A stretch of 64,000 bases of DNA, taken from Mustelus asterias. Lineage: Eukaryota. Each line of letters opens with the position of its first letter. Positions within the stretch are counted from its first letter, which is position 1. The notes under the pieces were generated by a model. It did no database searches and had not been told where the DNA came from. It saw only the letters and a list, made by a program, of their open reading frames with translations. Shown in pieces: positions 25,501-38,689 of this stretch. The DNA is taken from the NCBI RefSeq assembly GCF_964213995.1, contig NW_027592047.1, positions 1 through 64,000 on the forward strand. The letters are read 5' to 3'. Made by a program: the position numbers and the translations under genes.

Positions 25501-28500
25501 GGCAGCGCATTCCAGGCCCCCACCACCCTCTGTGTAAAAACCTTCCCCGCACATCTCCACTCAACCTTTCCCCCCTTATCTTGAACTTGTTCCCCCTTGT
25601 AATTATCATTTCTGTCCTGGCAAAAAGCTCCCAACTGTTTATCCTCGCCACACCCCTCATAATTTTATAAACTTCCAGCTGGTCGTCCCTCAGCCTCCGT
25701 CTTTCCAGGGAGAACAATCCCAGTTTATTCAATCAATCCTCACAGCCAATACCCTCCATACCAGGCAACATCCTGGTCAACCCTTTCATTGGATTTGGGA
25801 TGTGATTGTGGGTTTTCCTGCTATATCTCTTTCTCTTCAATCTTTCTCCCGTGATTGTGAGTTATCAGGGAGGGAGAGAGAGAGAGAGAGAGAAAGGGAT
25901 GGTAACAGAGAGAGAGAGAGAGAGAGGGCAAAGGCAGAGGGGCAGGGAGAGGAGAGAGATTGGAGGGGAGTGGGTTAGAGGGGGGGGGGGGGGGGAGCCT
26001 CCGCTGTGCACTCACAGCCCAGCCAGCTCCCCAGTCTCTGGTTCGGTGCATTAACCCACTCTGGTGCATTAACAGGCGCCAGAGTGTGGCGACTAGGAGA
26101 ATTTCACAGTAACTTCATTGCAGTGTTAATGTAAGCCTTACTTGTGACTAAGAAATAAACTTTACTTTATACTTTACTCTGAGATAAAGACCCTCACTCA
26201 CAGCCTCCCAGAAGGTGGGATTTAGAAACAGCGACTGTGTCACTGAGGCTGAATCTGTGATGTTGTGTTTGAAAATATATTTTCCTCATATTTGATGTGT
26301 TGTAAAGATATTGGAATCTGGCTGCTGCCACATTGCAGTGAGAGAGAGATCTGGCTTTGCAGGAGGAGCTTCCCTCCCCATTTCCCCATGGAAATCACTG
26401 AGAAATAGCAAACGTGGCCCACAACACGTCATTATTTGAAACGGTCAGACAGAAACTTATCAGAGAGAGCATTTTAATCCCCATTCATCCCCAGACGGAG
26501 AAACAGAGCAGAGATCAGGACAGATTATCCAGAGTAGGAGAGACCGGGGCAGAGATGGGGTTTGGATATATATAGATCTGGGGGGAAAGCAAAAGAGACA
26601 CAGAGGGGGCTGGACAGGTTCAGAGATAGAGGGAGAGAGAAACAGCGAGAGAAAGAGGGAATCAGAGAGAGGTGGGACTCTGCTCGAAGTGGAAGGTTCC
26701 CTGTTCAGATCGAATGTACTAACAGCACCAATGCTGGAGTGACTTATTATTTTCATTTGCGGTGGGGGAGAGATGGAGGGGAAAGAGAGGGAGACGTGTG
26801 GTTCCCTCATTTCCCACTCACTTCACCCCAATCCTCACTTCAAAATCACTTTGTATCTGGCCGTGTTCAAGCTGTGTGTGTGTGGGATCTTGCTGTGCAC
26901 TCATGCTCCGTCCCCCTGCCCCGTCCCCCTGCCCCATATTCCTCACACTATGACAGAGCCCCATGCTTTAAACATAAAAAGATGGAGGGGAAGGAGGGTG
27001 GGGTAGAGAGAGAGAGAAACAGGGTGAACAGAGAAGGGGTGGGGAGTGTTGGGTGCTCAGTGGAGGGGGGTAGGGGGATAGAGACAGAGGCTCTGGGGGG
27101 GGGGGGGGGGGAGGTGTCCTCCTGCAGTGTGGGACTCCCTGTGGGATCCTGATTGCAGCATTCCCAGTCTCTCTCCCTCTCACTGTGAAGCACTCGGGAG
27201 GGAGAGGGAGCTGAAATTCAAATTCCTGAGCCTGGGGGAAAGGCTTGTTCTCAATCCCAGAGTCCTGCTTGTGTTTTTAGACAGGGCGCTGGGATTTGTG
27301 GGTGTGGATGGAGAAGATTGTTCTGTTTAACTGGGGGTGGGAGAGAGGGGGGTTTGTTCTTTCCACCTGAGGAATAATGCAGCCTCTGTGACTAGGCCGC
27401 GCTTCACGGCCTAAATCTCAGCAGCACTTTTGCATTCGCTTAATTCCCCAACAGGGTTTAAGTGGCTGAATTCAATGGTTCAATAAAATGTGAAGCAGCC
27501 GCTTCAGGGTGGGATTGTGGATTTTCCTGCCCCCCCGCGCCCCCCCCCCCTCTCATTTCCCTTTTGATTGTGAGTTTTATTTTAAACGGTCAGACAGAAA
27601 CTTAGAGAGAGCATTTCAATCCAGATTCGCCTCGAGATAGAACACATCCTGATTGCAGCATTCCCAGTCNNNNNNNNNNNNNNNNNNNNNNNNNNNNNNN
27701 NNNNNNNNNNNNNNNNNNNNNNNNNNNNNNNNNNNNNNNNNNNNNNNNNNNNNNNNNNNNNNNNNNNNNNNNNNNNNNNNNNNNNNNNNNNNNNNNNNNN
27801 NNNNNNNNNNNAGAAACAGTGTGAGGGAGAGAGAGAGAAAGACAGAGAAAGATGGAGGGAGTGGGAGAGAGAGAGAGAAAGATGGACGGAGAGAGAGAAA
27901 GGCAGACAGGGAGTGAGAGAGAAAGATGGAGGGAGTGGGAGAGAGAGAGGGGGAGAGTGAGGGGGAAAACAGGAAAAGAAAGCAAGAGGTGAGGTTTGTG
28001 GGGGTGCAGTGAGGGGGTGGGGGAAGAGACACAGGATCACAGTGACCCGAGCCGGGAATTGAACCCGGGTCCCTGGAGCTGTGAGGCAGCAGCGCCAACC
28101 ACTGTGCCACTGTGTGGCCCTACAGCCTCAGCCCCTCTCTGCCTCACTCTCCCTCTGTATAAACATTTCCCAAATTAAAACACACAACACAGCGAACTGC
28201 ACCTTCTGGGATCTTCCAGAGCACCACAGAGATTGTGTTTTAAAAAGGGTTTGGCTTCGTTTTAAGAGGGACTTCAACCCTTTCTGAAAATTTGGGATGA
28301 GACACACACAGACAGATACACACACAGGCGCACGCACACACACACACACACAGGGTAGTGAGTGGGGAAGGGGGCTCACAGCAGGCGAGAGTGTTGGGTG
28401 TGTGTTGGGGAGGACTGTGTCCCATCTGATTCAGGTTCACATTGTTGCTGCTGCTGCTGTTGTTGTGGGATCTTGCTGTGCACACACAGGGCCTGTGGCC

Positions 28501-30800
28501 TTTGCTCGCACTGCAACAGCGACCACACTTTATTAAACAAAATCTCGCTCACGGACCGCAAAGTGGGTTCAAAGGAAAGAAAGTGGAAACGGGGGTCGGG
28601 TAAATTAAAGCACTTAAATCACCGAGGCATCGTAGGCTGTGCAGCAAGTGCTGGGGAATGGGGGGAGTATAGATTGGGATTTGACGGCCAGCATAGACCT
28701 GGTGGGCCGAAGGGCCTGTTTCTGTGCTCTGTGACTCCAGATTCTCCTCTCTCTTTTCCCAGGAATTTCTATTTGGATGGAGGGTTCATAATTTCCCTGT
28801 CTCTGTCTCTCCAGCGTTCTTCCCAATCTCTGCACCCCTCCCCTCTCTCTCTCCCCAGACATTCCTGTCTATATTTCACCTTTCAATCAAATGTGAAGGA
28901 AAACACCAATGTGAATTTTTTTGATTTAATTTCAGGGAGGGAAAGACAGAGAGAGAGAAAGAGAGAGACAGGGAGGCAGGGAAAGACAGACAGAGACAGA
29001 GAAAGACAGGGAGGGGGGGAAGGAGAGAAAGACAGAGAGAGAGAGAGAGAAAGGCAGCCGAATAAAACCTGCAGCAGCCGCTTAAATCCATCGGATTGGG
29101 GATGTGATTGTGGGTTTTCCTGCTGCATCTCTCTCTCCCATCTTTCTCCTTTGATTGTGAGTTATCAGGGAGGGAGAGAGAAAGGGAGGGTAACAGAGGG
29201 AGATCAAAGGCAGAGGGGCAGGGAGAGGAGACACACTGGAGGGGGGCTGGGTTAGGGGGGGGGGGTCCTCTGCTCTGCACTCACAGCCCAGCTCCCCAGT
29301 CTCTGGGGGAAAAGACCCTCACTCACACCCTCCCAGAAGGTGGGATTTGTAACCAGCGGCTGTGTGACTGAGGCTGAATCTGTGCTGTTGTGTTTGAAAA
29401 GATTTTTTCCCAATATAAAGATATTGGAATCTGGCTGCTGCCACATTGCAGTGAGAGAGAGATCTGGCTTTGCAGGAGGAGCTTCCCTCCCCATTTCCCC
29501 ATGGAAATCACTGAGAAATAGCAAACGTGGCCCACAACACGTCATTATTTGAAACGGTCAGACAGAAACTTATCAGAGAGAGCATTTTAATCCCCATTCA
29601 TCCCCAGACGGGGAAACAGAGCAGAGATCAGGACAGATTATCCAGAGTAGGAGAGACCGGGGCAGAGATGGGGTTTGGATATATATAGATCTGGGGGGAA
29701 AGCAAAAGAGACACAGAGGGGGCTGGACAGGTTCAGAGATAGAGGCAGAGAAACAGGCAGAGAGAAAGAAACAGCGAGAGACAGAGGGAATGGGAGAGAG
29801 AGGTGTGACTGTGCTCGAAGTGGAAGGTTCCCTGTTCATATTGAATGTACAAACAGCCCCAATCCTGGAGTGACTTGTCATTATTTTTATTTGGGGTGGG
29901 GGAAGAGATGGAGGGGGGGAGCGAGGGAGAGAGAGGGAGAAGTGTGGTTCCCTCATTGCCCACTCACTTTAGCCCAATCCTCACTTAAAAATCACTTTGT
30001 ATCTAGCCCTGCTCAGACTGTGTGTGGGATCTTGCTGTGCCCTCCTCCCCGCCCCATATTCCCTGCACTGTGACAGCGCCCCACACTTTAAACATGAAAA
30101 GATGGAGAGGAAGGAGGGTGGGGTAGAGAGAGAGGAACAGAGAATGGGTGGGGAGTGTGGGGGGGCTCAGTGGAGGGGGGGTAGGGGGATAGAGACAGAG
30201 GCTCTGGGGGTGGGGGGGGGGTGTCCTCCTGCAGTGTGGGACTCCCTGTGGGATCCTGATTGCAGCATTCCCAGTCTCTCTCTCTCTCACTGTGAAGCAC
30301 TCGGGAGGGAGAGGGAGCTGAAATTCAAATTCCTGAGCCTGGGGGAAAGGCTTGTTCTCAATCCCAGAGTCCTGCTTGTGTTTTTAGACAGGGCGCTGGG
30401 ATTTGTGGGTGTGGATGGAGAAGATTGTTCTGTTTAACTGGGGGGTGGGAGAGAGGGGGGTTTGTTCTTTCTACCGGAGGAATAATGCAGCCTCTGTGAC
30501 TAGGCCTCACTTCACGGCCTAAATCTCAGCAGCACTTTTGCATTCGCTTAATTCCCCAACAGGGTTTAAGTGGCTGAATTCAATGGTTCAATAAAATGTG
30601 AAGCAGCCGCTTCAGGGTGGGATTGTGGATTTTCCAGCTCCCGCCCCCTTCTCATTTCCCTTTTGATTGTGAGTTTTATTTTAAACGGTCAGACAGAAAC
30701 TTAGAGAGAGCATTTCAATCCAGATTCGCCTCGAGATAGAGAAACAGAGCAGAGATCAGGACAGGTTATCCAGAGACAGGAGCAGAGACGGGGTATTGGA
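22530..30800 (+). repeat. Local segmental duplication with SacSINE/DeuSINE-derived relics
   Basis: 22530-23340 matches 28125-28950 and 26170-27650 matches 29290-30740. Recurrent GTGGGATCTTGCTGTGCA resembles the SacSINE1 core as recalled. Confidence 0.85.
25330..25785 (-). mobile_element. CR1 LINE 3' end
   Basis: LGLFSLERRRLR and VFTQRVVGAWNALP. Confidence 0.9.
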
Positions 30801-33800
30801 CAGATAGAGATCTGGGGGGAAGTGTGTAAGAGACGGAGAGGGAGAAACAGAGTGAGGGGAGAGAGGTGACTGATAGAAGTGGGAACTTCATTGGGGCCTC
30901 CTGTGTTTTTTCACTGGCCTGTCTCTGGAGTAAAGCCCCCAGAATGCTTTGATGTCTTTAATAAATTCAATATCGGGACAGTCAGGAGGCAGTTGGAAGT
31001 TCATTGCATTTGAAACGTGTTCCCATTTTGTCAGGGTTTAATAATGAGGAGGTGAAAATGAATGTTTCCCCCACCTCCCCCAGTGAGATTGTGAATTTCA
31101 GCAAGTCCTGGGATCTTGCTGTGCCTTTTATTGTTTATAATCAGCTTTTGTTTTGTGTTTAATCAAATTTCACTTTATTTTCTCTTTCTCTCTTCCAAGG
31201 AGAATTCCTTTGGAAACTTTGGCGATGCAGAGAGCGAATAGTTTTGCCGTGAGGAATCCTCGGACAAGAGCTATAACCAGAGAGAAAAATATTAATAAAA
31301 GTCCCCGTGTCTTGGTCGTTCATTTTTATTCACAGATAGACTGGTGGGGCTTTTACACGGAGGGTTAGTGGTCTGTGTGTCAGGGGGAGGGGGTATTCCC
31401 AGTGATCCCTGCTCCAATGTAATCCCAGATTTCAATCCCTCTCCCTGAAGCTCTGTCTGTGCAACTCCCCCATCCTCAGAACTGTTTCTCCACATCTTTC
31501 CAATCCCTGTCTCTCCCCATCCTTTATACCCCAGCCTCTCAAAATGGCAGCATCTTTCTCCCTTTTCTCTCATTCTCTCTATCTTTCACTCTCTCTCTGA
31601 AACTTTGTCACTGTCTTGCCAAAGCCCCACTTTCTATTTATCTCGACATCTCACTTTGTATCTCAGCCTCTCTGCACATCTCTCTCTCCCTCTCTGTGGA
31701 TCATTTTATCTCAATCACAGCAGCCTCCTCTCCATCTCTCTCTCGCTCTATCTATCTCTGCTCCCCTTTATCTCTGCTCCCTCTCTGACTCATTCTGTCT
31801 GAAGTACAGCAGCATTCTCTCTATCTCCATCTTTTCACAGTAACTTCATTGCAGTGTTAATGTAAGCCTACTTGTGACGAATAAAATTTGAACTTTAACT
31901 CTGCTTCTCTGTCTTATCTCTCTAGCTATCTGCTTGACTCTCTCTATCTCTCTCTGCTTCCCCCTCTCTCTATCTCTGCCTCCCCCTGACTCAGTCTGTT
32001 TGAATTAAAGTAGCATCCTCTGTCTCTATATCTCTATCTGTTCTCTGCTTCCCTCTCTCTGTGAATCATTGTCTGAATCACAGCAGATTCCTCACTAACT
32101 CCATCTCTATATCTCTGTCTCTTATCTCTGCTCCCTCCCTTCTCTGTGAATCAATGTCTGAATTACAGTCGCATCCTATCTCCATCTCTATATCTCTCTG
32201 CCTCTTATCTCTCTCTGTATCTGATCTCTGCTTCCCTCTCTCTGTGAATCATTCTGTCTGAATTACAGTAGCATTCTCTCTAACTCCATCTCTATATCTC
32301 TCTGCTTCTCTGCCTCTTATCTCCCTCTCTGCTCTCTCGTGGGGGACGGGCCAGATCACGGGTTTGCTGTTCACAAGCAGCAAAGGCCCAGGAACGCAGA
32401 GGGAGGGAATCGGGGGCAATTCAGAGGGATTCAGCACTGCTGAAAGGGGGGAGTGTGTAATACAGGGGCTTGTTCAGAGCCAGGGGCTATTAGACAGAGA
32501 GGGAAGGGGCTGGTGGGGGAGGCTGTTGTACAAGAGGGGGGAATATTATAACACAGGCTGACCAGAGTCAGGGGTTATCAGAGAAAGGGGGCAATTGAGG
32601 GGGGGGGGGGGAATCAGACAGGGGGTCTGTTGTACAGGATGGGGGTGCGGGATGTTATAACACAGGCTGCTCAGTGTCAGGGGAATTAGTCGTTTGAACG
32701 TTAATGTTTAAAATGGGCAGAGTTTCCACATCCAACTCCACCAGGAGCTGTTTACAGGGGGGTGGTGGACGGGGATAGATGTGTGGTGGGGGGGGGGTTA
32801 CTAATTAGAAGGGGGGGGATCTGTCAGTCCAGAGGCTGTTCACAGGGAGGGAGTGGGAATTTGCCAGGTTGAGAGGGGTGGGGGGAAAGAGGGGAACTTA
32901 GAGGGATATTCAGCCGGGGGGCTTTGAAGATGGTTTGGGCAGTGGGGGAGCGGGGTACGGGGCTCAGAGGGAAGGATCGGGAGATTTAGAGGGATTGTGA
33001 GGAGGGACAACAGATTTGGCTGGAGTGGGGGGGGGGGGGGGAATTGACAGGGATTCAAGGAGGAGAGTGTAGAGGGATGTAGGGAGAGACTCAGGGATTG
33101 TGGTCGGGAATTAGAGGGATTCAGGGGGATTTAAGGGTCTCATGGGGACTTTGGGATTTAGCGGGACTGAGAGGGAGGGAATCAGGGGGAACTGAGGGGG
33201 ATTCGGGAAGGGGGGGTTTAGAGGGGGATTTCTGGGGTTCTGAGGGATACAGGAGGGATTGGGGGGCTTACGGGGATTAAAAGACATGGTTTGGTGCTCA
33301 GACAGATTGAAGGGGTGGGATTGGAGAGGGAGCAGGATTCGGGGGCAGAGGAATGTGGCGAGGGTGGGTGCGATCTCGGGAGACATTCAGGGGAGATTCT
33401 AGAGGAATCTCAGGGGCTTAGAATCTGGGGAGGGTCTGGATGGGGTAGGGAGTCAGAGAGGGGGTTAGCGGGAGGGGCAATTTGGGGTGGAGGGAAAGGG
33501 ATTGAGGGCGGGGTGGATTCATAGGGATTTGGGAGGGGGGAAATTCAGAGAGGGATTTAGGGTGTGGCCTTGCATCAGGGTTAGAATTGGGGGGGTGCCG
33601 AGCGATTCGGAGCGGGGGGGTGACTCAGAGGGATACAGGGGTGGGGAGGACTGAGGAAGGATTGGGTGCAGGCGTCAGGGGGGGCTTGAGTTTGGCAGGG
33701 GGGGCAAAGGGAGCCTTTGGGGGGGGCTGAGGAATTGGGGCAGGAACTTGGAGGATTCAGGGGGCTGAGAGTCAGATTGGCAGTGGGTGTCAGAGAGATT

Positions 33801-34264
33801 GAGCGGGGGGAGGGGGTGCTTACAGAGTCGGATGAAAGGAGATGGGGCAGAGGGACAGGGAATCAGGTGGGGGAAAGAGGAGTTTTGGGGGGGGAATTAG
33901 TGGAGATTGAGGGCGGGGGGTTGAGAAGGATTGGGAGGGGCTCAGAGGGCTTTGGCGGTGAGTTCCTGAGAGAGAGTGAGTGGGGGGGTGATTAGAGTGG
34001 GATTGGAGAAGATTGGGCAGAGAGGATCAGGGGGAGGGGCAGAGAGGATCGGGAGGAGGGGCAGAGAGAGATTGGGCAGAGGGGAGGTTCAGAGGGGTTT
34101 AAGTGGAGGGACTGAGAGTGGGTTTGGGCAGTGGGGATTTAAAGGGGGTTTTGGGGGGTGGGGAACCTGGAGGGGAGAGGGGAATTTGGGGGTGAGAGAT
34201 TGAGTGCGGCAGGTTTAGGATTGGGAGTGGGTTCAGGAGTCGGGGGGGATTAGGCTCAGTGGGG

Positions 34265-34625
34265 GTTGGGTCTGTCGGTGGGTGTGGGGTTCGGGTCTGT
34301 CGGTGGGTGTGGGGTTCGGGTCTGTCGGTGGGTGTGGGGTTCGGGTCTGTCGGTGGGGGTGGGGTTCGGGTCTGTCGGTGGGGGTGGGGTTCGGGTCTGT
34401 CGGTGGGGGTGGGTGTGGGGTTCGGGTCTGTCGGTGGGGGTGGGTGTGGGGTTCGGGTCTGTCGGTGGGGGCTGGGTCTGTCGGTGGGGGTGGGGTTTGG
34501 GTCTGTCGGTGGGGGTGGGGTTTGGGTCTGTCGGTGGGGGTGGGGTTTGGGTCTGTCGGTGGGGGTGGGGTTTGGGTCTGTCGGTGGGGGTGGGGTTTGG
34601 GTCTGTCGGTGGGGGTGGGGTTTGG
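34265..34625 (+). repeat. 25-bp G-rich minisatellite
   Basis: GGGTCTGTCGGTGGGGGTGGGGTT(C/T), about 14 copies. Confidence 0.95.
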
Positions 34626-35099
34626 GGACAGGAGTCCAGGAGCTGGGGAGGGGCCCCTATGGATAGGGCTGGGATTTGGGGGGAGGGGGGGTGAAATCCT
34701 GGTGGGACTGGAGGGTCTCAGAGGAATTGGTCAGGGCGGGTCTGAGAGGGGGGGACAGCTCGGGGGGGGGAAACAAGCAGGGGGGGGNNNNNNNNNNNNN
34801 NNNNNNNNNNNNNNNNNNNNNNNNNNNNNNNNNNNNNNNNNNNNNNNNNNNNNNNNNNNNNNNNNNNNNNNNNNNNNNNNNNNNNNNNNNNNNNNNNNNN
34901 NNNNNNNNNNNNNNNNNNNNNNNNNNNNNNNNNNNNNNNNNNNNNNNNNNNNNNNNNNNNNNNNNNNNNNNNNNNNNNNNNNNNNNNNNNNNNNNNNNNN
35001 NNNNNNNNNNNNNNNNNNNNNNNNNNNNNNNNNNNNNNNNNNNNNNNNNNNNNNNNNNNNNNNNGCAGTCGGGGGGCGGGCAGTCGGGGGGGGCAAGCG

Positions 35100-35294
35100 G
35101 GGGGGCAATGCCCAGGGGTGGGGGGTGCAATGCCCAGGGGTGGGGGGGGCAATGCCCAGGGGTGGGGGGGCAATGCCCAGGGGTGGGGGGGGCAATGCCC
35201 AGGAGGGGGGGGGCAAAGCCCAGGAGGGGGGGGGCAAAGCCCAGGAGGGGGGGGCAAAGCCCAGGAGGGGGGGGCAAAGCCCAGGAGGGGGGGG
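35100..35294 (+). repeat. ~21-bp G-rich minisatellite between gaps
   Basis: GCAATGCCCAGGGGTGGGGGGG / GCAAAGCCCAGGAGGGGGGG. Confidence 0.9.
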
Positions 35295-36193
35295 NNNNNN
35301 NNNNNNNNNNNNNNNNNNNNNNNNNNNNNNNNNNNNNNNNNNNNNNNNNNNNNNNNNNNNNNNNNNNNNNNNNNNNNNNNNNNNNNNNNNNNNNNNNNNN
35401 NNNNNNNNNNNNNNNNNNNNNNNNNNNNNNNNNNNNNNNNNNNNNNNNNNNNNNNNNNNNNNNNNNNNNNNNNNNNNNNNNNNNNNNNNNNNNNNNNNNN
35501 NNNNNNNNNNNNNNNNNNNNNNNNNNNNNNNNNNNNNNNNNNNNNNNNNNNNNNNNNNNNNNNNNNNNNNNNNNNNNNNNNNNNNNNNNNNNNNNNNNNN
35601 NNNNNNNNNNNNNNNNNNNNNNNNNNNNNNNNNNNNNNNNNNNNNNNNNNNNNNNNNNNNNNNNNNNNNNNNNNNNNNNNNNNNNNNNNNNNNNNNNNNN
35701 NNNNNNNNNNNNNNNNNNNNNNNNNNNNNNNNNNNNNNNNNNNNNNNNNNNNNNNNNNNNNNNNNNNNNNNNNNNNNNNNNNNNNNNNNNNNNNNNNNNN
35801 NNNNNNNNNNNNNNNNNNNNNNNNNNNNNNNNNNNNNNNNNNNNNNNNNNNNNNNNNNNNNNNNNNNNNNNNNNNNNNNNNNNNNNNNNNNNNNNNNNNN
35901 NNNNNNNNNNNNNNNNNNNNNNNNNNNNNNNNNNNNNNNNNNNNNNNNNNNNNNNNNNNNNNNNNNNNNNNNNNNNNNNNNNNNNNNNNNNNNNNNNNNN
36001 NNNNNNNNNNNNNNNNNNNNNNNNAGATTTAGAGAGAGAAAGATTTAGAGAGAGAAAGACAGAGAGATTGAGAGAGAGAAAGGTTGAGAGAGAGAAAGAT
36101 GGAGAGGGAGATTGAGAGGAGGCTGCAAACAGAGAGAAAAGCAGGGCTGAGGCGGGAAAGGTGTAGACAGAAAGTGAAGAGGTTCATACTCAC

Positions 36194-36249
36194 CATCGCA
36201 CATGTTTTCCCTCGGTGATCTCTCCAACTCCTTCCATCCCCTCTCCCAT
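36194..36249 (-). CDS. Candidate first coding exon of an unidentified gene (exon 36194-36285)
   Basis: Polypyrimidine acceptor at 36286, Kozak CCACCATGG, MGEGMEGVGEITEGKHVR, phase-2 GTGAGT donor, upstream GTAAG donors at 36369/36380. Confidence 0.4.
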
Positions 36250-38689
36250 GGTGGGGGAGACAGATCCTTGGCCAGGGGTTTTGTGCTGGGAAAGGGGGGG
36301 TTAAAATATCAGAGCTGGAACTCCATGCAAGCACACACTGACTCACTCACTCACAAAGACACAGCTTACCTGATACTTACCAACCCACGTGTAGAGAGAG
36401 ACTGGACAATGCATCGCCAGCCTTTTTATAACCTCACTGAGTCCCACACCTCCCCAATCAATCCTTATCCAACCACATCTCCTACACCTCACCTGAACAC
36501 ACCTCCTCCAGGTATGGGCCAGTCCAACACCAACCTGTCTCTGAGTGTGTGGGGGGTGTTTGTGTGTGTGGGGGTTAGTGAGCACCAGGCAAATGGTTTA
36601 TCCCAAGGCTCTCCCTCCCCCCCCACTCCCAGCTTCACATCACCAGCACTGGGAGCTGAGAGAAGATGGGTTTCAATTAACTCGCAGCCCTGCACTGCCA
36701 GAGAGAGAGAGAGGCCAGGTCTGAATGTGGATTGTACAACTTGTTCATCCAGGACTCCATCGGCTACAGGTTTGCACCCTTTGCTGATTCTTGCAAAATT
36801 CACTTTTCCTTAAGTTGCCTGAACTGAAACAATATCTTGCAAAGTTCTTTGTTGCTGCATTTACAACTGCCACTTCTGATTTACAATCTGTCTGTCCGGG
36901 TGTCTGAATGTGTGTGTGTGGTTAATGATTCACCAGAGATCAGAGCTGCAACATAAAGCGTTTAAACTGTTTTTTAAACAGAAGCACTGGCTGGGGGAGG
37001 GGAGGGAGAGAATGAGAGTGAAGTTTCTGTCTGATAAATGCTGTAAGTGTGTCTTTAACCAGCAGCTCTGCAGAGAGACAGATGCAGGATTTTAAACTCT
37101 CTGGGAGCTGCACGCAGGGACTCACACACACACACACACACACAGATAGACATCAGCTCCTGTTTCACACCAACAACCAGGCTGGAGTCGATGCAGCTAA
37201 TTTCCATCCAGAAATGTACTTGATGCATAAAGTCAGTGAGGGCTCCATTCCCATGACTTCCCATTCAGTCCAATCCAGCTCAGTTTGTTGGAATGCAGTG
37301 TGGGAGCCTCTGAGGGAGTTCACACACTGAGTTAGATTCACAATCTTCATTTCCTATCAAACACTCTCCAGTGTGTTTGAGTTGCACAGATCAGATTGAG
37401 CTGGGCACAGACAAGACCACAGCAGATCAGCCAGAGTGACCCCCCCCCCCCCCATCCTGGATCTACTGGTTACTGTTTTAACCAGGGTCTGGAGCAGGTC
37501 CAGGAGAACATCCCCCCCCCCACTCACCCACCCCCTCCACACTTTACAGCCTTCTGGACTCAAGATTCAGTCCAACAGTTTCAGAGAGTGAACTCTCAGC
37601 CCGTTCTGCTTCTTTTTCTTTGCTTGTTTCATTTTTCTTTCTTTCAGTCGGCAGCCCCCCTGCTCCAGACACAGCTTCTGTTTCTCTGTTCCTTCTCTCG
37701 CTCCATCTCCATTCCCTTTGGCTCTGGGGGGGGGGGGGGGGGGGGCTCACTTTTCTCTCATTCAATCTCTCCTGTCTTCCACCCTCTCACAGACCTTCCT
37801 TTAGTCCCTGTCCCACCCGCCCCTTTCTCCAAACCTGTTACATTTCGAACTTTCCCCAGTTCACAGGAAAGGTCACAGAGCTGAAATGTTAACTCTGTTT
37901 CTCTCTCTCTCTCTGCACAGATGCAGCCGAACCTGCTGAGTTTAATTCCAGCATTTCCCTGTTTTTCTAAGATTTCACAGAATAGTGTTGGTGCAGGAGG
38001 CCATTTGGCCCATCGTGTCTGCACCAGCTCTCCAATGTGCTGTTAAATCAGAGATTGGTGTAAAACTGGGATCTGTTCCTGACTGAGAGCGAAACGGCAG
38101 CTTTACATTTCCAGACTGAAAATAACTGGCCAATATTTAGTGCAGATTGTTCCCAGTTCCTTGCTTGTGGTCGATCCCTAACTGCCCTTGAACTGAGCAG
38201 CTTGCTTGCTGGGCCATTCCAGAGTCAACCACATCGTGTGGACCTGGATTCACATGAAAGACTTACAGGTCCAACCAGACCTGCTGAGATTTTCCAGCAT
38301 CCTCTGGTCTTATTCTGGAGTCGGATAAATTCCTTCTCTCAAGGGCATCGGGGAACCAAATGGGTTTTAACGGCAATGGTTTCATGGTCATCACCAGACC
38401 TTTAATGACAGTTTTTTATTGAATTGAGATTTCACTATTTGCTGTGGTGTGATTGGAAGCTGGCTGCCCAGCGCATTACCCTCGGACTCTGGGTTCCCAG
38501 TCCAGTGACAACACCACCACACCATCAGATTGAGAGCATCTGTGTGATAGTCCCCAGTCTACCACTTTCAGGCCAGTCTCAATATGTTTAAAAAAAACCG
38601 TTTTAAATTAAATCAATTCGAGTCTAATTAAATACGAGTTGGAGGAATTCACAGGAGCCTGGGGCAGTTTTCTAACACATTACCATCTT

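Noticed and set aside
33000-36115. Gly/Pro-rich ORFs
   Set aside because: By-products of G-rich repeats and gaps
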